A stretch of 64,000 bases of DNA from Octopus vulgaris (Eukaryota). The stretch covers positions 31,930,001 through 31,994,000 of the forward strand of contig OX597830.1 of NCBI GenBank assembly GCA_951406725.2, in the 5' to 3' direction. The notes under the pieces are model-generated. The model was not told the DNA's origin. It saw only the letters and a list, made by a program, of their open reading frames with translations, and did no database searches. The first letter of the stretch is position 1; the number at the start of each line of letters is the position of its first letter. Below, piece after piece: positions 35,986 through 49,624 of the stretch. The position numbers were made by a program, and so were the translations under genes.

Positions 35986-36682
35986 GATATATATATGTCT
36001 ATCAATCATTCAATGCCTATCTATGTATCTGTCTATCTATCTATCTATCTATCCATATATATATATACACACACACACATATATTGATACATAGATATAG
36101 ATATATATGTATGTATAATTACTATGCAATTTTCTTCTAACACCTTAATATTCAAGCCCTTCATTCATTTACAGGTGATGCATACTTTTAATATATTTTA
36201 ACAAAAGCATTCAGTCATATTTGAGTACAAATTTTGATTGTAAATAGAATGTACACACACACAAATATACATACATACATACAAACATACACACATACAA
36301 ACATACATACATACATACATACATACATACATACATACACACATACACACATAAACACATACATATATACATACATACATACAAACATACATACAAACAT
36401 ACATACATATATACATGCATACATGCATAAATACATGCATACATGCAAATTGATGACATACACATATATATATGTACTCAGTTAGAGGTTAAGGTTATTG
36501 AACTCTGACCAAACTGGAGCACTCTTTCCTAGGGTTTAGGTAATGTAGTTGTCATATCTAAGTATGCTACTTATTATATTGAACCCTATTTGTCAAACTG
36601 CTAAGCATGGAGCGAAACAAACACAGAATGAAACAAACACACAGTTACATACATATATATACACACAACCATATATTCGAAT

Positions 36683-36762
36683 TTATAGAAAACAAAAGTC
36701 AAAGACAGGCAGGTGTATTTGAGGCTTGGGAAGAATGGAAAAGTCTTTGATATTTTGAGCCT
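36683..36762 (-). other. Candidate short terminal exon
   Basis: ~55-nt pyrimidine tract then aaagagcag|. Phase 1 reads xAQNIKDFSILPKPQIHLPVFDFCFL*. Confidence 0.15.
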
Positions 36763-36982
36763 CTGCTCTTTGACAGAAAGTGTTGAGTGGAAAAAAAAAT
36801 GGAGAGAATGAAAAAAAAATGTATATGTTGTCATTATTAGCTTGTTCTAAAAATGAATGCTATGATTGTGTGAGTGTGTATATGCATACACACACACTCA
36901 CACTCACACATACACACACACTTATTGAAAAATTTTATTTCTAAATCTCTGAATGAGAAACATTCAGTAACAGTACTACTCT

Positions 36983-37103
36983 AGAGTAAAGATTATTTGC
37001 GAACATAATGTGGCAGTCCTGATTAGGATGAATGCTACTGCTATTTATCCCCATTTGTCCTAATCAGGACTGCCACATTATGTTGGCAAATAATCTTTAC
37101 TCT
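36983..37103. repeat. 46-bp inverted repeat (1 mismatch) with 29-bp spacer
   Basis: agagtaaagattatttgcgaacataatgtggcagtcctgattagga and its reverse complement at 37058-37103. Confidence 0.9.
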
Positions 37104-37126
37104 CTCTCTCTCTCTGTATATATATA

Positions 37127-37160
<34 letters not shown>

Positions 37161-37255
37161 ATAATAATAAATATTAGGGAATAAATCCAAATTTACAGGG
37201 AAAAAAATCAGATTTAGGATTAAATCCAATTTTATAGTAAAATATTATATAATAT

Positions 37256-37370
37256 TAATTAGAGAAAAACTATTTTGCAAAACAAACAAGGAAAGACTTA
37301 ATCAATACATAAAATTTTATGTATTGATTAAGTCTTTCCTTGTTTGTTTTGCAAAATATGGTTTTGTCTC

Positions 37371-37376
<6 letters not shown>
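37256..37376. repeat. Spacerless palindrome (perfect over 37271-37358) ending a short element in (TA)n
   Basis: ...gacttaatcaatacataaaa|ttttatgtattgattaagtc... Confidence 0.9.
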
Positions 37377-37429
<53 letters not shown>

Positions 37430-38136
37430 CAGGGATCTGCAACAGATTCCAATCTGATTTTTCATGGCTTCTAAGGCTGGATGCACTTCCTATCAGCAAC
37501 CACTTTACAGGGTGTGCTGGATGATTTTACATGACACCACATGGGTACTTTTATGTGATTCCACATGAGTGCTTTTACATGGCACCACACAGGCACTTTT
37601 GCATGGAAACACCACGAGTACTTTACACGAGAGATATAATGGGCTTCCTTCAATTTCCGTCAACCAGTTCCACGAACCCACTCAGAGGACTTTGGTTGGC
37701 TCAAAGCTCTAGTAGAAGAGATTTACTTGCCTAATGTGCCACTCAAAGGGACTAAATACAAACTCATGCTGTTGGAAGCAAACACCTTACTCTCAAAGAA
37801 TCTCTCTGTCCTTATTTAACAAAATAAGATGTGATAAACAAATTTAGTGGCTGCTTCAGTGTATAGGCATGTCTCCAATATTGTAACATATAAGATAAAT
37901 AGTTAAAGCAAAGTTCTGTTTGTCATATGCACAAATCATGACCAAATGGAGAACATTTAATTAAATTTTGTCTTAATAATATTAATTATTATTATACTTT
38001 AATTAAATATATTGTATCAAGTTAGAAATTTAATATTTAATTATAAGCTAATAAATTCACTGTAACAGCATCCCAGTTTTCACATACATGCGAGTGAGTC
38101 AGTATGAACATGTACGTGTGTACATAATTGTATGCA

Positions 38137-38167
<31 letters not shown>

Positions 38168-38238
38168 ATATATTTATGTATATATTTAGGTATATACATA
38201 TCTGTGTATCTATCTAGATGTACACACACACACACACC

Positions 38239-38271
<33 letters not shown>

Positions 38272-38529
38272 GTGCACACACACACATATGTATATAATAT
38301 TGTAAAAGATGACTATATTTTCATTACATTAAGTAATTGAAAAGTAATCAACTTTAAAAATAATATATATCCTTTCATTAGTAGCTTTTCAATTCTGTGG
38401 TATTTTCTTTCTTTAGTCTACTCCTTGCAAACATGCATCATTCATTCATTCATTTATTCATTATACATCTGTCTTGCCATGTGAGCATGGGTTAGACCTA
38501 TATGTATACATGTATATATGTGTGTGTGC

Positions 38530-38568
<39 letters not shown>

Positions 38569-38581
38569 CACACATACACAT

Positions 38582-38659
<78 letters not shown>

Positions 38660-38754
38660 TCAGATGAATATGGCACTTAACTTGAGACACCAGAATTTAG
38701 TACAGTATTATCCATACAATTTCAAAGTAAAATGATTAAAATTGTTGCTTATTT

Positions 38755-38793
<39 letters not shown>

Positions 38794-39045
38794 CTACAGA
38801 GATCTACTTGCATAGCAAGTGACCTGATCTGAGATTGTGCGCTGGAACAAAAACAATTGCAGCATGGAAGGTGTTTATAAGCCATTTAAGAAATACACAA
38901 AAACCGTTAGATTGACTTCAACATTTAAATTTAATTTGCCAAAATACTTTTGAGAATGTGACCTGTTTGCTGACAAAATTCGATGCTGTAATTGTTTATA
39001 TATATATATATATACACACATACATACATTATATATATATATATA

Positions 39046-39140
<95 letters not shown>

Positions 39141-39340
39141 TTGTATATATATATATTATTATACTTGAGGATGTACTATAAACTTGTTCTTCACTTCAGC
39201 TTTATTATTATCGTTATTGTTATTATTGCTGTTGTTGTTATTATTTCAGTGTTTTTGCCTAAGCTTTTTCATCACACATCCTGCAACCTCATCAATGACT
39301 TTCTATTCTGCATGTCTTTTCTTGTTCTGTTCAGTCCATA

Positions 39341-39384
<44 letters not shown>

Positions 39385-39429
39385 TACATACATATATATA
39401 TATGTATATTATATGTATAATTGCATGTG

Positions 39430-39668
39430 TATATGTGTGTCTTTGTGTCTGTGTTTTTCCCCACCCCCAACATCACTTGACAACCAATATTAAGGGTGTT
39501 TATGAACCCATAACTTAATGATTTGGAAAAAGAAATCAATAAAGTACCTGGCTTAAAAAAAAGGACTGGGGTCAATTCTTTGAGCTAAAAGAATTCTTCG
39601 AGGTGGTGCCCCAGCATGGCCACAGTGTAATGAGTGAAACAAGTAAGCATATAAAAGATAAAAGATAA
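39430..39668 (+). mobile_element. SINE family A 3' half
   Basis: Homology to family A. Confidence 0.8.
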
Positions 39669-40334
39669 AGATGTGATTTGAAAGCAATTTGGCTCCTATT
39701 TCTTGCAGGTTCAGCAACCATGTAAGAGTTTTGTTGTTGATTGATATTCTTGTTGGTGTTGCCATAAACCTTGGTGCAGTTTATGATGTCAAAGCTGTTG
39801 AGGTTCGAATGGTTGTCGGTACTGTTGGAGGCAATGGTGACGGTGTTGGTGGTGGTGGTGGTGGTGGTGGTGGTGGTAGTATTGGTATTGGTAGTGGTGG
39901 TGGATGGTGGAAGCAGAGGCCGTGGTGATGGTGGTGGTGGTGGTGGTGGCGGCGGCGGCGGTGGTGGTGGTGGTGGGGGTGGTTGTGATGATGGAGCAGG
40001 TGAGATGGAAGAGCAGTTTAGCGCTCTGAGTGCCACAACAGCTGATGCTATGAGAGATTTGGTGAAGATCATCATGATGATGACAGCGGAGGTGGCGGCG
40101 GTGGTGGTGGTGGTGGTGGTGGTGGTGGTTGTAGGCACAGAATGACAGCAGGACAGGTGGTGGGGTGGTGGGGTAGGTGTAATAGATGAAAAATAAAGAT
40201 GAAAACAATGTCATTTCAAAGAAATGGAATGAAGTTAAATTTAGTTGTCTTTTCTCTTTTTTTTATCATCATTCATATATATATACACACATACATACAT
40301 GCATATACATACATATATATGTGCGTGTATATGT

Positions 40335-40399
<65 letters not shown>

Positions 40400-40664
40400 C
40401 ATATATGTATATATATACACATATATATATGTATATATATATATATATATGTATGTATATATATACATATATATACAAATTTCTTTTTTTAAATTAAATA
40501 TATTCTTTCCTTATCTGTTCATACATTTTTATTAATATTTAGTAAAAACAACAAAAAAACAAAACAAAACAAAAGGATATAAGATAATGAAAAGCAGAAA
40601 TAGAATATCATTATTATTACTATTTTTAATATTAGTAGTAGCAGTAGTAGCATTATTATTGTTA

Positions 40665-40707
<43 letters not shown>

Positions 40708-41079
40708 CAGCAGCAGTAGTAGTGGTGAGGGTAGTGCGTTTATTAGTAGCAGTATTACTACAATTTAAAAATGGAATTGGGAGAAATTATTTATTTTTTA
40801 TTTAATTAATTTTTTCTGTTTTTTTATTTTTTATTTTTTTGGACAGTGAATCGAAGAAAAGGTTTTGGTCTACAAAATTTTTATCTGATTTCTTTCGGGT
40901 TTTTTTTTTCTTTGTTTTTTTCTTCTTCCAGTTAAAAAATAAAGAAAAATATATTTAACGTTAAAAATATCACCACCACAACCACCACCAACAACAATAC
41001 CACCACCGCCACCACCACTACCGACAACAACAACAACAACAAGAAACAATAACTACAAAATAATTATAAAGAAGTAAAA

Positions 41080-41231
41080 TCAAATTGACGGATGTTGAGG
41101 ACGGCTTTGGTGACGGAAATTAATGTGATAATCATGGTAGTAAACCATTTTTTTTGCAGTATCGATAGTATTGGCTGTGGTAGAGGTGGTAGTAGTCGCA
41201 GAGGGTCGGGGTTCACGTGGGAGTTCTTGTA
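41080..41231 (-). CDS. Candidate terminal coding exon
   Basis: Acceptor ctatatttttacttcag|. Phase 1 reads xQELPREPRPSATTTTSTTANTIDTAKKMVYYHDYHINFRHQSRPQHPSI*. Locally GC- and CpG-rich against AT-rich flanks. Confidence 0.4.
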
Positions 41232-42489
41232 CTGAAGTAAAAATATAGTTGAACATATTGAATTATTTCTTGTTAATAATAAACAGCCATGAAAATAGAA
41301 ATCACTCATGTCAATTGCAATTTGTTTTGTTTTGTTTTATGCTGTTTATTGTTATTGTTGTTTTTTGGGGGAGATGTAGAGGTATGTTGGGGAGGTGGGG
41401 AATATGTGTTGCACTTTATTTATTTATTTATTTATTTTTTGGTTTTTGTTGAACCGTATCGCAAATAGGTATTATCAGTCAGTTGGAAAATTACTATCGG
41501 AGATTTTGCCTCATTTCACATCAGCGAATAAGCAAGACTAGATCGTGTTGAAACCAAACCATCCAAACAATGGTATATGGTAAGTGGTTTCCAACCTAAG
41601 GTACCACCTCAAAAAAAAAAAAAAAATGAAAAAGAAAGAAAGAAAAGCAAGAAATAGTGGGGCCCACATTAGAAATTTCAAAATTTGTTGAATTGGTGAA
41701 CTTTTCTTAACCCTGGGAGTCGGTTGGAAAAATTCTTTTAGCTAAAAGTATGTGAAATTTTGTTGGAAGTCATTGGTAGTGAAAAGGCTGAGGATCATGG
41801 CTATATGCTATTTATCTTTTCCCAAACTAACAACTTACTAATCTGACAATCTGACAATCTAACAATGAGCTAATTATTCTGGGAAAGGAAAACAAAGTAC
41901 GGTCATCCAGAGATAGCCTTTATGTGGTCACTAAATCTTCCAAAAACTGGAGCCAAATTTCACTACTTTATTAATTTTGAATGGACGACAGCTTAAATAA
42001 AATCATCTCAATCATTACTAATTAGCCTTCTTCTGCTGTAATTAAAAAGAAGCTAGCAAGAACAGCTCTTAAATCCTACCCAGATTTTATTCTTCGGTAG
42101 CTAAGCTACATAGGATGAAAATGACTGGCTATAAACACCAGTGTAAGGTCGCATTCTCTGGTTACATACATGGCAATGAGACAATGTGTGAGGGCACATG
42201 GCCTTGTGGTTAGGGTGTTGCACTGACAATTGCAAAATCAGGGTTTCAATTCCTGGACTGGGCGCTGCATAGTGTTCTTTAGTTAATTACTTTATCGCAT
42301 GCTGTTTTGTGATCACTTCAACGTCAGATATCTGGCACACTGTATACCTATTCTTGTCCTGGTAAGGTCAATTTGATTGAGGGAGTATGCAAACATTTGA
42401 TTAGTATAAAGAAATTCTTTGTGCAGGTCATTTGGCATGAAATTGCAGAACCATTTTTCTTGAACTAAAAGAAATTATAATCAATATGC

Positions 42490-42900
42490 TGTACTTGAGA
42501 AGAAGACCCATCAAGTTGAGTGAAATTGTATTCATGGAAGATACTAATGTCATACAAGTGGTACCCATGCTGATGGATGTAAAAACACCTATCAAGCGTT
42601 GAGCCTCATGGAGCTAACAACACAAGACCAAGACCCTTGGGATATGCTGTGCTTGAGAAGAAAACTCATCAACCCAAGTGAAGCCATAGTTGTGGCAGAT
42701 ATTGGTGTCATACAACTGGCACTCAGGCCACTGGCATGCAAAAGCACCCACCACACTCTCGGAGTGGTTGGCATTAGGAAGAGCATCCAGCTGTAGAAAC
42801 ATTGCCAAATCAGACTGGAGGTCTGGTGCAGCGTACCAGCCCTGGTCAAACCATCCAACCCATGCCAGCATGGAGAACAGACGTTAAATGTTGATGATGA
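42490..42900 (+). mobile_element. RTE-type 3' end fragment
   Basis: ...gatatgctgtgcttgagaag (YAVLEK-like ORF end) followed by the tail motif and (GAT)n. Confidence 0.75.
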
Positions 42901-42936
42901 TGATGGTGGTGGTGGTGGTGGTGATGATGGTGTTGT

Positions 42937-43004
<68 letters not shown>

Positions 43005-45045
43005 GGGATGTTGATGATGATGATGCGGGTGTTGATGATGATGATGATGAGGAGGAGGAGGAGGATGGTGGTGGTGGTGATGATGATGATATATGACAAT
43101 ATGTAGCCAAAGGTGTCTGGCTATATATATACATAGCTATGTGATGGTGTGTAGCCATTGTGTCCAGTTATATACACAGCTATGTTATACCCTGTAGTCA
43201 CAGCATCTGGCCTCATACGTGGCAGAATGTGGAGGGACAAAAGCTACCAACAAGCACATCCAGGTTCTAAACTTAGAGGGAGTGAACACATCAAAAAAAG
43301 ATGCTACAGCACACACCAAAAATTTTAAATTCATTTCTCTTATAGTATTACCTAAAACATTTCATTAGTTCCTAATATATGCAAATGTAGTCTACAGTTA
43401 TTAATTTCATATTTCAGTAAGAATGTCATTAAGTATGAATCTTAAAACAGTTTTTGATTAATCCCAGCAAGGTCGACCTCAGTCAAACTTGAACTTAGTG
43501 CATAAACATCTAGAACAAATACCACAAGTTATTTGTTTGCCAGTGCTCTCACAATACGACCAGCTCACTGTCTTTGACCATCTATTTGTGTAAAATTTTC
43601 AACTGACCACTAGAATGGACATTTGGGAGGAAAGAATCGAGAATATATCGATCTTTGGGCGTATCTGGTATTGGGCATATCTGGTATTTACAGCGTCAAT
43701 CTTAACTATGGAAGGTTAAAAAAAAGTGGGTAACTGGTGGGATTAGAAACTGAAAATGCAAAACAGATTGAACGAAATGCTACAAAGGTATTTTTACATG
43801 TGCTCTTCTATGTCATCAGACCTTCCGCCAACCACCTTGTAATAATAATAATGATGATGATGATGATGATGATGATAATGATGATGATGATGATGATGAT
43901 GATAATGATGATGATGATGCTACTGACGATGATGAAGGTGGTTGAATTCGTCATCATCAAAGTGGCAATGGTGGTGGTGGTGGTGGTGGTGGGGATGAGA
44001 ACGTTGACTACAACATCATTGATGATGATGATGATGATGATGATGACGACGACGATGATGACGATGACGATGATGAAAAGCAATATGAATCGACAAATTT
44101 CTCATTTCTTCGTTAATACATTTCATATCTTTCATATTTAGATTCATTTAAAATATTAAAATTTTTTTTTTGTCACAAAATAGTTTTCTTTTCTTTTCTT
44201 TTTTACACTTTTCTTCACCAACTTCTCTTCCTCTCACTCACTCTCTCTCTTCTCCCTCTACCCCCCTTTCTCCACACTCCTTAATCAGAATATTCTTAGA
44301 TTTAGATTTAGAAAATTAGGGAGCTGGATGATGAGACAACAGACTGTCCTTTTATTAATATTTTGTCCTATCCTTTGCTTTGTCATTGCTCTTTTTCTTC
44401 TCAATAATATTTTTTATTTACATTATTTTCTGTTTCATTTTTATAACTTTTGTAAGTATATGTGTGTGTGTGTGTGTATGTGTGAGTGCATGTGTACATG
44501 TTCCTCTCACGTTGCTTTTGTTTTTATATTATTAATAACATATCATATTATATTATTATTATATTATAATACATTTATTGTTTGTTTCATCGTCTTATAT
44601 ATTATTATTTCCAAGCAAGCCAAAATAGATTTCTCAAAGACAAAAATATTGTCAACGCTCTGTTCTTTCCTTTTATCTTTCTTATGGAACTTTATTAACC
44701 ATTCCAGCGTACAAAAATGATAAAACAATAACAACAACAGCAGCAACAACAACAACAGCAATAATAATAATAATAGATGACTTAATAAAATGAAAAATTC
44801 TGAATTTATATTTTTATTTATTTTTCTTGTTTCTATTTTTCTCTTTCGGATAGTTTTTTTTTTTTTTTTGTTTTGGATGTGTATATTGTTTTTGCGTTGG
44901 GTGATGGGGTAGGAACTTGTTTCTTTGCTGTTAGTGTCATAGATGTTTGAATTTTTTAAAAGCCAAGGCAGGATGAAAATATCTTATGCTCAAAAATGTT
45001 ATTTGCATACATATACATGTGCGTGTATATGAACATATATATGTA

Positions 45046-45086
<41 letters not shown>

Positions 45087-45306
45087 GTGTGTATAAATGC
45101 ATATATATATATATGTATGTATATGTATATGTGTATATATATATATCCATATATATACATGCATACACATACATACATACATACACATACACAAACATAC
45201 ATATACATACACACCACACACACCTGATACCATTCACACAACTAATAAAAAGATGGATACCTACATTTATACACACACATATACATACATGCATGCAACA
45301 CACACG

Positions 45307-45468
<162 letters not shown>

Positions 45469-45739
45469 GGTTAATCACAAGGATTGAAAACAGATTGGTT
45501 CAGTCTGAAATGAGAAATGAAATAACTGAAGAAATTTGATTCAAATTCTGCATGGAATCTCTCAAAGAGAATGAAATATAATGTTCCTGTTATTGCTGCT
45601 GTCATTGCTACCCTTGTTGGTGTTGTTGTTGTTGTTGTCATTACTTCTGTGGAATTTATTTTCTTTTGGTTGTTGTCACTTTGAAATTGAATTTGTCACA
45701 GTGAAGAAACAAAAGGATACCTATATTCATACATGTGTG

Positions 45740-46305
45740 GAGAGAGAGAGAGAGAGAGAGAGAGAGGGGGAATAGAGAGAGAGAGAAAGAGAAGAGAGGG
45801 AGATATAGTAAAGAGAGATATAAAGAGAAATAGAGAGAGAAGAAGAGTGACGAGAGAGAAAAGAGAGAGTGAAGAGAGAGAGAGGGGAAAATGAAGAGAG
45901 AGGAAGGGAGAGTGAAGAGAGTGGAGAGAGAGAGGGAGAGACAGAGACAGATTGAGATGGAGTGAGACACAGAGAGAGACTGAGAGAGAGTGAAAGAGAG
46001 AGAGAGAGAGTGAGAGTGAGGCAGAGAGAGAGATTAAGATAAAATGAAAGAGTGAGGCACAGAGAGAGACTGAGATAGAGTGAAAGAGAGAGAGAGAGTA
46101 GAGGGAGATTAGAGGGTGAGTAGAGAGAGTGGTAATGAGACACATAGAAAGATTGAGATAGAGTGAAAGAGAGAGAGAGAATAGAGGGAGTAGAGTGAGA
46201 GTGAGACACAGAGAGTGATTGAGATAGAGTGAAAGAGAGAGAGAATAGAGGGAGTAGAGAGAGTGAGAGTGAGAGAGAGAGAGATTGAGATAGAGTGAAA
46301 GAGAT
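45740..46305. repeat. ~570-bp (GA)-rich polypurine tract
   Basis: Directly visible; contains repeated gagatagagtgaaagagagagaga subunits. Confidence 0.9.
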
Positions 46306-46369
46306 GACAGAGGTGACACTTACATGTAGGCAGGTGTATGTCTGTATGCATGCATGTGTAAATGTATCA

Positions 46370-46798
46370 TAGGTGAAGGCGTGGCTGTGTGGTTAGGAGC
46401 TTGCTTCCCAACCACATGATTCCGTGTTCAGTCCCACTGAATGGCACCTTGGGCAAGTGTCTTCTACTATAGCCCTGGGCCAACCAAAGCCTTGTGAGTG
46501 GATATGGTAGATGGAAACTGAAAGAAGCCTGCCATGTGCATGTGTGTGTGTGTGTGTGAGTGTGTGTCCGAGTCTGTTTTTGTCTCCTACCAGCCACCAC
46601 TGCTTCACAACTGGTATTGGTGTGTTCTTCACCCTGCAACATAGCAGTTCAGCAAAAAGGACTGATAGAATAAGTACCAGGCTTTTAAAAAGTATAAGTA
46701 CTGGAGTCTGTTCATTTGACTCAAATTCTTCATGATGGTGCCCCAGCATGGCCACAGTCTAATGACTCAAACAAGTAAACGATGAAAGAGAAGAGAAT
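46370..46798 (+). mobile_element. SINE family A, full length
   Basis: Head to tail present. Confidence 0.9.
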
Positions 46799-46923
46799 GA
46801 GTACTTATCTGTTTACATGCAGAGTAGTGTGTATGTATGTGTATGCGTGTGTGTGTTTGTCTGTGTGCATGTATTTGTGTATGTGTGTATTTGTGTGTCT
46901 TAGTGTGTGTTGATGTGTTTGCG

Positions 46924-47300
46924 TGGAGGCGCAATGGCCCAGTGGTTAGGGCAGCGGACTCGCGGTCGTAGGATCGCGGTTTCGATTCACAGACCGGGCG
47001 TTGTGAGTGTTTATTGAGCGAAAACACCTAAAGCTCCACGAGGCTCCGGCAGGGATGGTGGTGATCCCTGCCATACTCTTTTACCACAACTTTCTCTCAC
47101 CCTTACTTCCTGTTTCTGTTGTACCTGTATTTCAAAGGGGCGGCCTTGTCACTCTCTGTGTCATGCTGAATATCCCCGATAACTACGTTAAGGGTAAACG
47201 TGTCTGTGGAGTGCTCAGCCACTTACACGTTAATTTCACGAGCAGGCTGTTCCGTTGATCGGATCAACCAGAACCCTCGTCATCGTAACCGACGGAGTGC
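46924..47300 (+). mobile_element. tRNA-derived SINE family C, CpG-rich (probably young)
   Basis: ggaggcgcaatggcccagtggttagggcagcggactcgcggtcgtaggatcgcggtttcgattc (A and B boxes); 3' stem-loop region cgtcatcgtaaccgacg; inserted in (TG)n. Confidence 0.75.
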
Positions 47301-48278
47301 TTAAGAGAAGGTGTGTTTGCATGTGTTTGTGTGCATGTGTGTGTGTGTGTGTGTGTGTACACGTCTGTTTGTGTGTATATCTGAATGCATGTGTGATTCT
47401 GAGCCATGTGTTCCAAAGGTGGATTGTATGTATATATGTATTATTGTGTCTGGACAGAGCCATTCTCTTTTAGTTCCTTATTATTTAACACACTCACAGG
47501 TGAAATGAGTGGAAATTTTACCAGTGTGTGTGTTAAATTGTAAGACACTAAAAGAGAATGACTCACCAGAAACAACAGAATATGCTTCAACACATGAACT
47601 CCTATAAAAAATCTTGCAAGCCAAATCTAACATATATATATATATATCATATATATATATCATTATAATTATATATATCATTATCATCATCATTACACTT
47701 TAAAGTCCATTTACCAAGCTGGTATGGGTTGGCTGATTTCCCAAGAGGGACCGGGTTAGAAGACTGCTCCAAGCTCTACTGTCTTGTTGGGCCTGGTTTC
47801 CATGTCCAGATACCCCTTCCAACACCAACCACTTTGCATGCGAAGTATACTGGGTGACTTTTATGTGGCACCAGCAACTGGTGGGGGGGGGGAGGGTCAC
47901 CAAATAACTTACAACACAAAACCCCTCAATACTTACTCCTCATTCATTGCACACACAAAAGAAAAGATTCACATCAACTGAATTTCAGGGATAAGGCTAC
48001 AGCTAGATCCATGGCAGGGTGGGATGGTGTGGAGGAGGGGTTCAACTAGCAATAAAGTCTTATAATGTTACTGACATAATCTTGAAAGAGTTATGTCAGT
48101 AGAGCATTAACCCTTTAAGCATTTAATCTGGCCGTATCTGACCAAAATATTTAACCTGTATTGTTAAACCTAGCCAGATCCAGCTTCTCACCCCAGACCT
48201 ACAATGTCATTCTAAGCAATCACATCATTGAAATCCCCAAAGCTATGAGATAAAGCAGGATTAATTCAAAACAGTATA

Positions 48279-48657
48279 AACAAGACCACTCAGAGAGTGC
48301 AAACCTCCACCAAGGCAACACCAATGTCTTCCGAACGATTAGCCAAAGATGATTTTTAGAATGAGAATATCTGAAATAAACTTGACTGCACTCACAAACG
48401 AGAATGCTAAAAATGAACCTGACCTTTCTCAAAAATTAAGTAAAAAAAAAAACGGAAAAATAATCCAGAATCCTTGTCCGGTACCAAATCGATCCCAAAA
48501 TCTAATCAGTTTGTGTCAGTCATGAGGCCAAACATCCCTGAAAGTTTCATCCAAATCCATCCAGCTGTTCTTGAGATATCTTATCCACAGACAAACAAAC
48601 AAACAAGCAATTACAACTGAAAACAATACCTCCGCCTTAGCAAAGGCAGAGGTAATA
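48279..48657. mobile_element. Helentron-associated non-autonomous element (HINE/DINE-1-like)
   Basis: Subterminal acctccaccaaggc related to the terminal stem-loop acctccgcctt-agc-aaaggcagaggt; (caaa)n near the end; A-rich junctions; no TSD. Confidence 0.65.
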
Positions 48658-48678
48658 AACAAACATATTTGACTGAGG

Positions 48679-48893
48679 AGAAGGTGGCGAGCTGGCAGAA
48701 TCGTTAACCTACCAAGCGAAATGCTTAGTAGCATTTCGTCTGTCCTTATGTTCTGTGTTCAAATTCTGCCGAGGTTGACTTTGTTTCCATCCTCTCAGGG
48801 TCAATAAATTAACTACCAGTGAAACACTGGGATCGATGTGATCGATTATTCCCTCCCCAAAATTTTCAGGCCATGTGCCTATAGTAGAAAGAA
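48679..48893 (+). mobile_element. SINE family B
   Basis: aaggtggcgagctggcagaatcgtt...gtgcctatagtagaaagaa. Confidence 0.85.
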
Positions 48894-49237
48894 TTATATT
48901 GATAGAATGATCTGAATACCAAAGGGTTAAAATATCATGTATTCCAACATACAAGTGAAAATTTTCTGACTAAAATTTAAAACCCAAAATGGTAAGTCAT
49001 TTCATACACCAAGACAAATATGGAGGACTAAAAATTTCGTGTGATATTGCAGCAGGATTTGGAAAGGTAATGACAATATTTTAATGCCTACACTATATAC
49101 TTTATTAATTCACATGGCAGAAAACATGGTAATTAGGATGAATATCAAGATGGATGTTAATATAATGGTACCAACAATTGAAGGCTTTCCAGCATGCATG
49201 ACAATTTCATCATCATCATCATCATCTGCAGCAGCAG

Positions 49238-49512
49238 CATTTAACGTCCGTCGTCCATGCTGGCATGGGTTGAACGGTTTGACTGGGCTGACATGCTGGA
49301 AGGCTGTGCCAGGCTCCAGTCTGATTTGGCATGGTTATCTATAGCTGGATGCCCTTCCTAACACCAACCACTCCGAGAATGTAATGGGTGCATTTACATT
49401 CCACTGGCACAGGTACCATTTGCATGACATCAGTATCTGCCACGACTGTGATTTTGCTTGGCTTGATGGATCTTCTGTTCAAGGATGACCTAATGACAAA
49501 GATCTTGGTCAT
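49238..49512 (-). mobile_element. RTE-type 3' fragment
   Basis: Reverse complement of the tail motif. Confidence 0.7.
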
Positions 49513-49624
49513 GTTTCAATTATTCTCGTTCTATGTTATTCAATATGTCCTTAATTTTTTCATAAGGTTGTGATTGAAAGGAGATTTAGCAATTGATTTC
49601 TGGATGTCTAGTGACTATGTAGAG

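Larger units (their letters stand above)
48107..48930. mobile_element. TTAA-flanked piggyBac-like MITE hosting two nested insertions
   Basis: Ends TTAA-cccttt ... aaaggg-TTAA. Confidence 0.6.

Noticed and set aside
39572-40214. Overlapping long ORFs on both strands
   Set aside because: A stop-poor (GGT/ACC)n mosaic explains the open frames; no acceptor AG found.
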